Below are positions 36,201-48,310 of a stretch of 64,000 nucleotides of DNA, piece by piece. Under the pieces are notes generated by a model that saw only the letters and a list, made by a program, of their open reading frames with translations, was not told where the DNA came from and made no database searches. The stretch comes from Macrostomum lignano (lineage: Eukaryota). The translations under genes and the position numbers were made by a program. The stretch spans positions 353,920-417,919 of the forward strand of contig NIVC01000890.1 in assembly GCA_002269645.1 (NCBI GenBank), in the 5' to 3' direction. The stretch's first letter is position 1; every line of letters begins with the position of its first letter.

Positions 36201-39200
36201 CTTTCTCTATCTGGTCACTCCCTCCCTATGTGGTCAATCTTTTCCTATGTAGTCACTCTTTCCCTGTCTGGTCACTCTTTCCCTATCTGGTCACTCCCTC
36301 CCTATGTGGTCAATCTTTTCCTATGTAGTCACTCTTTCCCTGTCTGGTCACTCTTTCCCTATCTGGTCACTCCCTCCCTATGTGGTCAATCTTTTCCTAT
36401 GTAGTCACTCTTTCCCTGTCTGGTCACTCTTTCCCTATCTGGTTACTCCCTCCCTATCTGGTCACTCTTTCCCCATCTGGTCACTCTTTCCCGAACAGGG
36501 TCACACTTTCCCTATCTGGTCACTCTCTCCCCATCTGGTCACGCCTTCCCTTATTTAGTTACTCTTTTCCTAACAGGGTCACTCCCTCTCTATCTGGTCA
36601 CTCTTTCCTATCTGGTCACTCTTTCCATAACAGAGTCACTCATTCCCTATCTGTTTTGACTGGTCACTTTCTCCCTATCTTGTCGCTCCCTCTCTACTCG
36701 TATCTGGTCACTCCCTCCCTATCTGGTCACTCCCTCTATCTAGTCACACCTCCTTATCTGGTCACTTTTTCCCTATCTGGACACTTCTAAAATTGGTACT
36801 CTTTCACTGACAGTTTCACTCTTCACCCAACTTATAGCCCCCGACATTCCTACGCTCCGCTCCCCCCTCACTCACATTATCCGGATCGTCGTCCTCCACC
36901 TCAGCCTCCAATTTGTCAGCTTCATCACCGTAGGCGGCGAGCAAGTCGGCGTCAACATCAGCTGGACGGTCGGTGGCGCAGCCCTGACAGCCTGGACGAC
37001 GAATCGGGTTCCAGCAAGTGCAGGTGGGACACTCCCAGTGCGGCTGCGGTTCAGGAGATTCAAGATGACCAAATTTGGGATTTCCAGATCTCTAATTTTG
37101 GGACCAAGATCCCCAAATGATGGGATTTCCAGATCTCTATTTCTAGGATCAAGATCCCCAATGATTGGAATTTCGAATCTCTAATGCTGGGATCAAGATC
37201 CCCAATCATGGGATTTCTAGGTCTCTAATTTTGGGACCAAGATCCCCAATGATGGTATTTCCAAACCCCTAATTCTGGGATCAAGATCCCCAATGATGGG
37301 ATCTTTAAATCTCTAATTCTGGGATGAAGATGATCCTCAATGATGGGATTTCAAATCTCTAATTATGGGATCAAGATCTCCTATGATGAGACTTCCAAAT
37401 CTCGAATTCTAGGATCAAGATCCCAAAGTCCAATGATGGGATTTCAAATCTCTAATTCTGGGATCAAGATCCCAAAGTCCAATGATGGGATTTCAAATCT
37501 CTAATTCTGGGATCAAGATGATCCCCAATGATGGGACTTCCAAATCTTCCATTTCCAAATCCAAACCAGTCCTAAATTAGGAAAACTTATAAATTTATTA
37601 ACTTTTTTTTTCTTTAAAAAAAACTGTTTTTACCCTAAAAAACTAGCTTCTAATCCTCTAAAGTATATTCCACAGTCGCACAAACTTAAGAGTTTAGTAG
37701 CTAAGGCAACGAAAGCGATTAGATAAAAGCATTATTAGGTTCAGGTGAATAACACAGTATCCTGTTGGCGCCCTTTCAAACAGAGATTAGTTGAAGAAAA
37801 ATATTGTAACCGCTATTTTAACGCAAGTTTTAGCCAGTAGTTGAACTTTCGCCTCGAAAGAAAACTACGAATGAGAAATAAATAATTGGTTTGTATAATG
37901 CGACTCGGCTTATAAATCGACTTAGTTACCGGGCTGATAGGGATAGTAGCTTGATATGGGATCTGGGAGGCTGGCTTAGCAACTGAGGATCTGGGAGGCT
38001 GGCCCAGCAACTGAGGATCTGGGAGGCTGGCTTAGCAACTGAGGATCCGGGAGGCTGGCTTAGCAACTGAGGATCTGGGAGGCTGGCCCAGCAACTGAGG
38101 ATCTGGGAGGCTGGCCCAGCAACTGAGGATTTGGGAGGCTGGCTCAGCAACTGAGGATCTGGGAGGCTGGCCCAGCAACTGAGGATCTGGGAGGCTGGCC
38201 CAGCCACTGAGGATCTGGGAGGCTGGCTCAGCAACTGAGGATCTGGGAGGCTGGCCCAGCAACTGAGGATCTGGGAGGCTGGCCCAGCAACTGAGGATCT
38301 GGGAGGCTGGCTTAGCAACTGAGGATCTGGGAGGCTGGCCCAGCAACTGAGGATCTGGGAGGCTGGCCCAGCAACTGAGGATCTGGGAGGCTGGCCCAGC
38401 AACTGAGGATCTGGGAGGCTGGCCCAGCAACTGAGGATCTGGGAGGCTGGCCCAGCAACTGAGGATCTGGGAGACTGGCTCAGCAACTGAGGATCTGGGA
38501 GGCTGGCTCAGCAACTGAGGATCTGGGAGGCTGGCCCAGCAACTGAGGATCTGGGAGGCTGGCCCAGCCACTGAGGATCTGGGAGGCTGGCTCAGCAACT
38601 GAGGATCTGGGAGGGTGGCGGGTAGCAGCCCAGTCTTAATACGAAAACAGCGTTAAACCTAGAAACAGACTACAGTTTCACTCAATCTCACCTCTTGGAC
38701 TTGATTTTCGAAATCTTCTAAAGCAAAATCTGCAGCAGCAGCTTCCGCCGCTGCAATCAATTCTTCTCGCTTCCTCTGAACCTCCAGCCGAATCTGAGCC
38801 AGCCTCTCCTCGGTAGGCGGGGCCCAAGTCTCGCTGGCCAACCTGTCTTGCCCATGGTCCTTCACCGGAGGCGGTGGCTGCAGATACACAAGAACCGCGA
38901 TGCCAAATAATTGACCAGATCTGGACTGTTCAGCAAGATTAGCCAGAGTAACCAAATCGTCTGGAACTTGCTGATTAACAATGCAACATTGGGAGGCGAT
39001 AGGCAAACCAAAATTGATTAGAAGCTGCTCTTTCAGGTCGGCAATGGTGGAAGCTGGGCCTCCTGGTGGACAGAGTCGAATTTTTCTACTGAGATGACCG
39101 CCTCGAGACTGCAGAGTCACCGCCACAACCATCTGAGGAGCCGCTTGCTGCTGATTGGATAAGAACTGATGCTGGGATTTCTCTGGGTAGATACATACCT

Positions 39201-39295
39201 GACAAGGAATCTGGCATAGCTGGTCTACAAGATGAAAAGCACTTTTAGTGCTACCATTTTTTACAGCCTGTTGCAGGCTATCAGCTAGTTGTTGG
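32707..39295 (-). CDS. HOIL-1/SHARPIN-like LTM-UBL-(NZF)3 fused to a PARP catalytic domain; exons ~39295-38692, 37043-36876, 36126-35953, 35506-35330, 34731-34501, 33216-32707 (~620 aa; start codon unresolved)
   Basis: All five junctions are phase 0 with canonical acceptors (one GC donor). LTM QLADSLQQAVKNG..AFHLVDQL; UBL TIADLKEQLLINFGLP..Q; three W-x-C-x2-C-T-x2-N-x3-RPG-C-x2-C fingers; PARP FHGT / GGMFGAGIYFA / NDEYIVY. Confidence 0.82.
34785..35240. repeat. Adjacent 21-bp (ACCGGGTTGTGGGTTTTGTAT) and 20-bp (TTCTTTATGGAGTTGTGGGT) intronic minisatellites
   Basis: Tandem units inside the NZF3/Zn-motif intron. Confidence 0.9.
36165..36790. repeat. Intronic composite minisatellite (TCTGGTCACTCTTTCCCTA-type ~19-bp units with a ~76-bp higher-order repeat)
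   Basis: Repeated GGTCACTC core; a longer block is repeated about three times at 36228-36450. Confidence 0.85.
37070..37560. repeat. Intronic ~43-bp degenerate minisatellite (GGGATCAAGATCCCCAATGATGGGATTT...)
   Basis: Tandem units visible. Confidence 0.85.
37957..38612. repeat. Intronic 28-bp minisatellite (CAGCAACTGAGGATCTGGGAGGCTGGCC)n, ~23 copies
   Basis: Tandem units; source of spurious repetitive ORFs. Confidence 0.95.
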
Positions 39296-40426
39296 GTTTG
39301 ATACAGAAAGCAGTTAAGTTGTTGGATAAAACAGATGTTTTGAATTCATTGAAAAATTATATTATCATTATCAGCAAGTAATATGTTTTATTAAATGGAA
39401 ATGACATTCTATATCTATAGAAACAGAACTTATATAATTTTTTTTAAGTTTTAAAGGATTAAGCTATAGTTTTTAGCAATAGGAATACGTTTATTCGTTT
39501 TCTGCCTATTTTTATTTTATATTATATTGCTAGAAGACTTTAACTTAAGTCCAAAAACTTGGAATATTAGACCTAAACTGAGTTAAACATAAACAAATTT
39601 AACAAAAAATGTCAAGAATCAATATTTTATCAAATCTTTGAAATTTTAAATTCCGTGACTTTTAAGCATCAAGTAAAGTATAGAAATTATTTTTTCAGCT
39701 AGCCTATTCCCTATGACTATGCTACTTGGATAATTTTAGTTCCTTGTTTTTAAAGTTCACAAAAAAGTAATCGAAAATCGTAAAATCCAAAAGCTTATTA
39801 GGCCCTACACAAAGATACTTTTATTTCGTGAATACATAGGACTCTCTATTCGCAATATTCAAAATACTCTATATTGCAAAACACAAGCATCTGTTTATGA
39901 ACATGTTCCGCCTAATACTTATATCCAAAAAAATTATATTCATTTATTTAGAGCCCCGTCAAAAAAACTGAAACTTTTTAAAAGCATGCCCGATAGCGGA
40001 TACTGATGTAGCTCGGACAATTGAAGTCAAATGAATATATAGATGAGTTCGACGATCTGGACTGACTGCGCGTGCGCACACTTGCTTCCTCTTAACTATA
40101 TAAGCACGCTTTCTTCTCAAAATTGTATTTTTAGCGTCATCGTACTTTTTCGTTTTTAAAAGCAAGAAGGTTCAAGCTTAGTGATAATATTAAAACATTA
40201 AATATTAGAATTTTTAAACAAGCATTTTAACTTAACAGATAGATAATGGGTATGCTTTATCTTTCTTAAAACAACGTGAACAGGCCTGTGAATTTTCAAA
40301 TTAGCACAAGTAAGCGTACTCGGTCCCTTATAGCAAATTAAATTACAGTGTGTGTTAACAGCTCGAATTGAGGGCAGAAACCATCCAATATCTGTGTGGG
40401 TTTAACATCTTGGCTAGGAGTCCAGG

Positions 40427-43400
40427 ATGGCCGCTAAAGCCGCTGAAAAATCGCCAGTTACTGATCAGGATGTCGAGAAAGTCGTTCTCGGTATGATTTT
40501 TTTATTTTACTTTGTTTAGTAAATTAGTTAGTATTGATAGTTAGATAGTATAAATTATGTCGTTGAATTACAGGGCAAGTTAATATTTTATTAGTTCCTT
40601 CATTTAGCTTGCGTTATTTTTATTAATTTTTGACAAGCATTGTACCTGGGCACCTGGCTATTGACTATTGTTTTAAAACCTTTACTTGTTAGTTCTTAGT
40701 TGTTGAATTACTAGGCTCAAAAATTTACTAGGCCTATTACTAGTAACAGTAGGGGGGGCCTACCCTAAATTTTACATACATTTTCATTTTTTTAAGTTGA
40801 AATACAAACTCATTATAAAATACCTTAAAGAGAATTAAGACAATTTGCTAGTATTCAGGGGGGCCTACTATTATATTATGTGTAGAACTGTTTGCTCTTA
40901 AAAATGATATAGGCATCTAAGCTCAACACTAGGCCTATATTAAATCTAAGATCAATGACAATATATTAAATAGCAAAAAAATATATAACAAAAATTGAAA
41001 AAAAACAATTATGAATTTATATACTTCAAATGGCATCAACTCCTATAGTATATTTTTTCTTAGGCCTATTAAAAATGTAAAAAAACAGACCAAAGTGCTA
41101 ATAATAGAACTTTTTATCATACTTTAAATTAATAGCTAAATTGATGTTATTTTATAATGCTATTATTAGTAATGTATATATCTTTCTAATTAGTTCAAAT
41201 TACTCCTTATTGAAAGCTCTTGTTCTAGCATTCCTAGGATCAGGGAGTCAGCTCTAATACAATAGATTTTTATTGTCTAAGGCAGAGTTTAGCAAACTTT
41301 TTTACCTTAAAGGCCAGATAAAAAACCTAGTATGAGTGTGGAGAAGAAAAAGAGAAGTAAAAGAAAAAAAAAGATAAGAAAAAAGGGTAAAAAAGAGAGG
41401 AGGAAAGCGAAAAAAGAGAGAGATGATAGAGAATAGAGGAGAGGAGAAAAAAAAAAGATAGAAGAGAAAGGAAAAGAAAGAGAAAAAGATAGAGGAGAAG
41501 AGAGATAAAAGGATAGAGGAGAAATGAGAAGATGAGATCAGAAAGAAGGAAGCTAAGAAGAGGCACAAAACTCTAAACTTCACAGCCACTCTAAACTTCA
41601 TAAAAGCAAAGTATATTGCTATTATAAAGTTTAAAAGGACCCAAAGGCTAGATAAAAATGCTCTGCAGGGTACATGTGGCCTAAGAGCTTGAGATTGCTA
41701 AACTCCTAACCTAAGGCTATTCACTCAGCCTATTTCTGAGATAGTTTCTCTTTCTAAATGGTTCTTAATTCTTTCAATGTTAGGGGCTTCTGGTCCTATA
41801 GAAATAAAAAATAAAGTCTATTTTAGAAAGTTGCCAATGTGAGATAGGAGAAAGAAAAGATAAGACAAGACAGGGTAGAAGAGAGACAATAGATAAAAGA
41901 ATAGAGATGAGGGCGCAGAAATAAGAGATGATAGGTAAGAGTGTGGAGATGAGAGCATAGAGGAAGAGAGATTAGAGATAAGAGAACAAAGAAGAGAGAG
42001 GAGGCAAAAGAGAATCTTTGTCTAGACAATGGCAGTCAATTTTTGCAAACAGAGATAACAATATTTGCGATTTGAGAGGTTTCATAAAGGATTTGGAGAG
42101 GATTTTGAACTCTTTCAGCATAGTAGCATATACCATACCTAGGCGAAAATATGCATCTCTAACTGTCTTATGTGTATAGCTAATATAATAAGCTAAGGGT
42201 TTGAGCACATACATGCGCAACAGTCGGCCGAGTCAGCCGATCCGGCCGACCGATTTGGCGGCCAACCAAGGAAGTCGCAAAAATGCCCAACCGAAAAAAC
42301 ACCGAAGTAGGAGTACTAAGTAGCTGACGAGGCATTTTGACTTAATAAGACAGTCATAGTTACTCCTGCCGTTTACTCAAAGTTGCGTTAATTCTGCTTT
42401 AGGGTTTTTTACATGTAAGTCGCATTTTTGGCCAAAAACTACGTCGCATTTTTGCTAAAGCTAAGTCGCACGGCTGACTGAATTTTAGAGGTTGCGCATG
42501 TATGTTTGAGCAAAGTCACGTTTTTATTTTGAATTATCTTGAATATTTTGATTTGAATTAAAGTACAAGGGATACTTTTTATTTGTTAACTCCACTCCTC
42601 GCCCCTGACCCCGCCAGCCACCAAGGTCAGCGGCACAGTAAAATGGTTCAACGTCAAGAGCGGCTACGGCTTCATCAACCGAGCCGACACCAAAGAAGAC
42701 ATCTTTGTCCACCAATCTGCCATTATCAAGAACAATCCTAAGAAATTTCAGCGCAGCGTTGGCGACGGCGAATCTGTTGAATTCGACGTTGTCCAAGGCG
42801 CCAAAGGCCACGAGGCTGCCAATGTTACTGGGCCGGACGGTGCCGCCGTCAAGGGCAGCGACTATGCCGCGGATCGCCAGTCTGGCCGGGGACGCGGTGG
42901 CCGAGGCGGTCGCGGCAGAGGATTCCCCAGATCTTATTATGGGCCGCCTGAGTATGGGCCTGTGATGGCTGTGAGTCTCTCTGTGTGTCCTTTCAACTCT
43001 AGAGTCTATTATCAGTGTCCCGGGTCTCTATTCTCAGTGTCCCAATTCTCCATTCTCAGTGTTCTAAGTCTCTATTCTCAGTGTCCCAATTCTCCATTCT
43101 CAGTGTTCTAAGTCACTATTCTCAGTGTCCCAATTCTCCATTCTCAGTGTCCCAATTCTCCATTCTCAGTGTCCCAATTCTCCATTCTCAGTGTCCCAAT
43201 TCTCCATTCTCAGTGTCCCAATTCTCCATTCTCAGTGTCCCAATTCTCCATTCTCAGTGTCCCAATTCATTCTCAGTGTCCCAATTCTCCATTCTCAGTG
43301 TCCCAATTCTCCATTCTCAGTGTCCCAATTCTCCATTCTCAGTGTCCCAATTCTCCATTCTCAGTGTCCCAATTCATTCTCAGTGTCCCAATTCATTCTC

Positions 43401-46072
43401 AGTGTCCCAATTCTCCATTCTCAGTGTCCCAAATGTCTATTGAATTTCTGATTATATTGCGTTTATTGTCTAAGTATTTATGCAGATTAGTAACAATAAT
43501 AGTAGGACTTACTAAGCAAATTTCTGCACATCTTATTTCTACTCTTTCCCGAGACAGTATACACAGTAATGCAGTCTGTAGACCGTGTAGAGTTTATTAA
43601 ACTAGAGTATTCACCGTTTACTTTTTTTGGGCCGCGATCGAAGCGAAGTCTTGCAACAGCCTTTCTTAGTTGCTAGTAAATGTTAGCCAAGTTAGTTGAC
43701 TATGCTTTACACACCCCCTAGCAACTGTATTGTGAGAGAGGGGAGAGGGGATATCTCGAAATAAAGAGAACTTCCAGCTGTTGCCTCTGGCTTTAGTTTT
43801 CCCAATCAATAAATTCTAATCCCACCCCTTTCTTAACGGGGTAAAGAAAGAAAAGTAGAATTTGACTGTCTTGCAATGCAACACAGTGCCGTCTGTGTTT
43901 CTTTGGATTCTGCATTGCGTTGGCACAAATTCACTGCTAAGATAGCAGAGTAGCCAATTTCGTGTTTGTATTTACTAATCAGCTGACGAGGCATATTTTT
44001 AATCCACTCGCACTTTTTACCCGCAATTTTCGGACTTGGAGAAAATAAAACTAGCTGTTTTATCTCCCTGTTAGCCAAGTAGCTTGCATGTACTTGACTG
44101 TAGATTTTTTTATCTACAGCCTATATGTAGGTTGTAGATAATGTATGTAAAATATTGAAATCAAAGTTTTTGTGCACAAATAAAGACTCAACCCCTGTGA
44201 AGAATCGCCCCTGACTCAACCCCTGTGAAGAATCGCCTCTGACTCAACCCCTGTGAAGAATCGCCTCTGACTCAACCCCTGTGAAGAATCGCCCCTGACT
44301 CAACCCCTGTGAAGAATCGCCTCTGACTCAACCCCTGTAAAGAATCGCCCCTGACTCGACCCCTGTGAAGAATCGCCTCTGACTCAACCCCTGTGAAGAA
44401 TCGCCCCTGACTCAACCCCTGTGAAGAATCGCCTCTGACTCAACCCCTGTGAAGAATCGCCCCTGACACAACCCCTGTGAAGAATCGCCCCTGACTCAAC
44501 CCCTGTGAAGAATCGCCCCTGACTCAACCCCTGTGAAGAATCGCCCCTGACTCAACCCCTGTGAAGAATCGCCCCTGACTCAACCCCTGTGAAGAATCGC
44601 CTCTGACTCAACCCCTGTGAAGAATCGCCTCTGACTCAACCCCTGTGAAGAATCGCCCCTGACACAACCCCTGTGAAGAATCGCCCCTGACTCAACCCCT
44701 GTGAAGAATCGCCCCTGACTCAACCCCTGTGAAGAATCGCCTCTGACTCAACCCCTGTGAAGAATCGCCCCTGACTCAACCCCTGTGAAGAATCGCCCCT
44801 GACTCAACCCCTGTGAAGAATCGCCCCTGACTCAACCCTAAACAGAATCGCCCCTGACTCAACCCTACACAAAATCGCCCCTGACTGCTCGTGTCATATC
44901 GTAACTCAATTGCCTTCATTGCACAGCACCGCATCTTTCCAAAATTCTACACTCCACTGCAGTACCCCAGCTACCCTCCGGTGATGCCGCCTCCGCCACG
45001 AGGCGGCGGCTTCTACCGCGGCGGCCGCGGCGGCGGTCGCGGATTTCGCCGGCCATACAACATGGGACCTGCCAACGGCGGCGGAGGCGGAATCACCCGC
45101 GGCGGTGGCGGCGGTGGCGGAGGTCTGTACTTCAGCCCGCGGCGTTACGATGTGCCCGTGCCGGCCTACGGTGGCGGCGGCGGCTTCGGACGCGGCCGAG
45201 GACGCGGTGGTCGGCGCGGCCGCGGCGGCGGTCGCAGACGCGATGCTTCGCATGCGTCGGCTGACGGAGAAAAGGTTTGGAGTCTGGTTGCAAGGCCTGT
45301 ATGATCTGATTGCAGTTCCTGTATGATCTGATTGCAGTTCCTGTATGATCTGATTGCAGTTCCTGTATGATCTGATTGCAGTTCCTGTATGATCTGATTG
45401 CAGTTCCTGTATGATCTGATTGCAGTTCCTGTATGATCTGATTGCAGTTCCTGTATGATCTGATTGCAGTTCCTGTATGATCTGATTGCAGTTCCTGTAT
45501 GATCTGATTGCAGTTCCTGTATGATCTGATTGCAGTTCCTGTATGATCTGATTGCAGTTCCTGTATGATCTGATTGCAGTTCCTGTATGATCTGATTGCA
45601 GTTCCTGTATGATCTGATTGCAGTTCCTGTATGATCTGATTGCAGTTCCTGTATGATCTGATTGCAGTTCCTGTATGATCTGATTGCAGTTCCTGTATGA
45701 TCTGATTGCAGTTCCTGTATGATCTGATTGCAGTTCCTGTATGATCTGATTGCAGTTCCTGTATGATCTGATTGCAGTTCCTGTATGATCTGATTGCAGT
45801 TCCTGTATGATCTGATTGCAGTTCCTGTATGATCTGATTGCAGTTCCTGTATGATCTGATTGCAGTTCCTGTATGATCTGATTGCAGTTCCTGTATGATC
45901 TGATTGCAGTTCCTGTATGATCTGATTGCAGTTCCTGTATGATCTGATTGCAGTTCCTGTATGATCTGATTGCAGTTCCTGTATGATCTGATTGCAGTTC
46001 TGTTACTAAGAAAAGTTCTGTTTGTTTTTTTTGCAGCCAGTCAACATGAATGGAGGCGAGTCCAGGGCTTAA
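40427..46072 (+). CDS. YBX: Y-box binding (cold-shock domain + RGG) protein; exons 40427-40490, 42618-42970, 44963-45274 (alternative acceptor 44927), 46037-46072 (~254 aa)
   Basis: Spliced [66 protein letters not shown] is a canonical Y-box CSD, followed by RGG/Gly-rich exons. Splice phases 1/0/0 are consistent. Confidence 0.92.
41335..42020. repeat. AG-rich low-complexity tracts (41335-41560 and 41840-42020) in YBX intron 1
   Basis: Purine-rich simple sequence; source of F/L/S-rich spurious ORFs. Confidence 0.8.
42212..42500. mobile_element. MITE (~289 bp) with TIR CATGCGCAAC and TA target duplication (Tc1/mariner-type)
   Basis: TA|CATGCGCAAC at 42210-42221 and GTTGCGCATG|TA at 42491-42502; inner inverted TCAGCCG/CGGCTGA. 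Confidence 0.65.
43005..43432. repeat. 22-bp minisatellite (CTCCATTCTCAGTGTCCCAATT)n in YBX intron 2
   Basis: Tandem units. Confidence 0.93.
44185..44885. repeat. 28-bp minisatellite (GACTCAACCCCTGTGAAGAATCGCCCCT)n, ~25 copies, YBX intron 2
   Basis: Tandem units. Confidence 0.95.
45298..46000. repeat. 22-bp minisatellite (TGTATGATCTGATTGCAGTTCC)n, ~32 apparently perfect copies, YBX intron 3
   Basis: Tandem units fill almost the whole intron. Confidence 0.97.
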
Positions 46073-47029
46073 AAATGATGGAATCAGAACTGACTTGATT
46101 GATAGACCATGGTAACCGCTGGCACCTGGTAGACGCTATTTATAACCAATTTATTTTCTTTAAAACCAAGCACCAACAACCCTAGCAGCCCTACTGACCA
46201 ACTGATACAAAAGCAGATAATTAAAAACTGTTTCGCATATCTCCGCGTATTCTGCAAAAAATTGTTGCTTGATTGATATATAACCCTGTCATCCAAGTTT
46301 ACAGCATGATTTGTTATTTATCGAAGCCAACCACCTAGTCAGCTTTGGTCTTGTTTTAGTTGAATTATTACTATATAAACTGGTATTTACTTATTTGTTA
46401 TCTTATCTAGTTTTTTTAGTTGTGGGTGTTCTGTATTTGCATTATTTGTGCTCCGTATTGATTGATACATATTATCTGACTGACTTTTCTTTATTTTTTC
46501 AATCTTCATTTGTGTGTTTTTTCTTACCTATTATTGCCAAATTGAATTTTTATATAAGTTTATTTTCATTTTATCGTTGCTAGGGAACCGGATTCTGTGA
46601 GAACTAAGCTAATTAATAACTCATTAATTCATTGTTTAGTGATTGAAGTTGGAAATAAATAAAATTAATGCAAAAAATAACTAATTGATTAACACTCCTC
46701 CACAGTTTTTGGATCAATCATTTCTTGGAAAATGTTCAAATCGTTACTTTTATTTACTGCTGCTGCTACTACTGTTTCACCAAGCAGTAGTCTATTTAGG
46801 TTTTTTATTCCTAATAAGTATTTCTATAGGATTCTGTTTGTGTCGCTAAGTTGCTTAGAAACGCTTTTGTTGGCTTTAGTAACGAAAATGGGGGCTGCTT
46901 TGAGCTTAAAATGATTTAGTTAAAGCAGATAATTAGGTGGTCGAAGTAGTTAGTTGTTGTTGTTAGTTAAAGGCCACTTTTCCACGTATGTATTTAGCAA
47001 ATTGCATGCGCGAGAACAAAATTTACGAG

Positions 47030-47607
47030 GTAGAGATAAGTGAGATTAATTAGAGATTAGTGAGATTACTAGAGATAAGTGAGATTAACTAGAGATTATT
47101 GAGATTAACTAGAGATTATTGAGATTAACTAGAGATTATTGAGATTAACTAGAGATTATTGAGATTAACTAGAGATTATTGAGATTAACTAGAGATTATT
47201 GAGATTAACTAGAGATTATTGAGATTAACTAGAGATTATTGAAATTAACTAGAGATTATTGAGATTAACTAGAGATTATTGAGATTAACTAGAGAACAGT
47301 GAGATTTAACTAGAGATCAGTGAGATTTAACTAGAGATGGTCAGGTTTAACTAGAGATGAGTGAGGTTTAAATAGAGATAAGTGAGATTAATTAGAGATT
47401 AGTCAGGTTACTAGAGATTATTGAGATTAACTAGAGATTATTGAGATCAACTAGAGATGAGTGAGGTTTAACTAGAGATGAGTGAGATTTAACTAGAGAT
47501 CAGTGAGATTTAACTAGAGATCAGTGAGATTTAACTAGAGATCTGTGAGATTCAACTAGAGATCAGTGAGATTCAACTAGAGATGAGTGAGATTCAACTA
47601 GAGATTC
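47030..47607. repeat. ~20-bp minisatellite (GAGATTAACTAGAGATTATT and variants)
   Basis: Tandem units between YBX and caveolin A. Confidence 0.9.
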
Positions 47608-48310
47608 CCATAGACCGTAAGCAGCCTGCAGAGCCACACCCCTGATTCTCCATAATGAGCTTTCTATGGCACAGCTACCGACACTATAATTTAGTTGATT
47701 TAATTTAGTTACAGGTATTATCTGTATTCGCCTACAGTTGGCAAGATTAGACAGAAGCTGTTTTGATGCATCTCTACTAACAATGACAGAAAGATCTAAA
47801 AGATATTTCGTCTGTTTCTAACTGCATAATTATTGCAAGTTGCACGCATGTGGTTTGGGCCATTGGGCTGCTTCACTTTACCCCGAAGCTCACCCCGCCT
47901 CCAGCTCTCTGCTGTCGGCACAATTCTAGCTAAGAAGATATTTTTCTAACCACGTTTGCTTGTCAGCGCGTGAGCCTCGAACTGTGCTCTCAGTTTTGTA
48001 GCAAAAAAGAAAAGAAGCAATTCTCAGCGCTGGGTACGAATGATAGAGAGAGAGATGGGTAAGAGAGATGGACCTGAGCTGCCTATTGAATAGGAAAAAC
48101 GGTGGCGTGAGCTCCGAAGGCTTGAGGGTTCGAGTTGGCGTCCTAGGTCGCCCCTGACGACGGCTCATTGCCGCTCAGAATAAAAGCAGAGTGCAGCGAG
48201 CGGGCCCGTCTGCTTTCTATTCGGAAGACAACCGACCCGACTGGCCGAGCCAAGTTCCCGTCTGCAACCTCAGTAACCAGCTTCTGTGCTACCAACTCTC
48301 GTAAGCAGCA

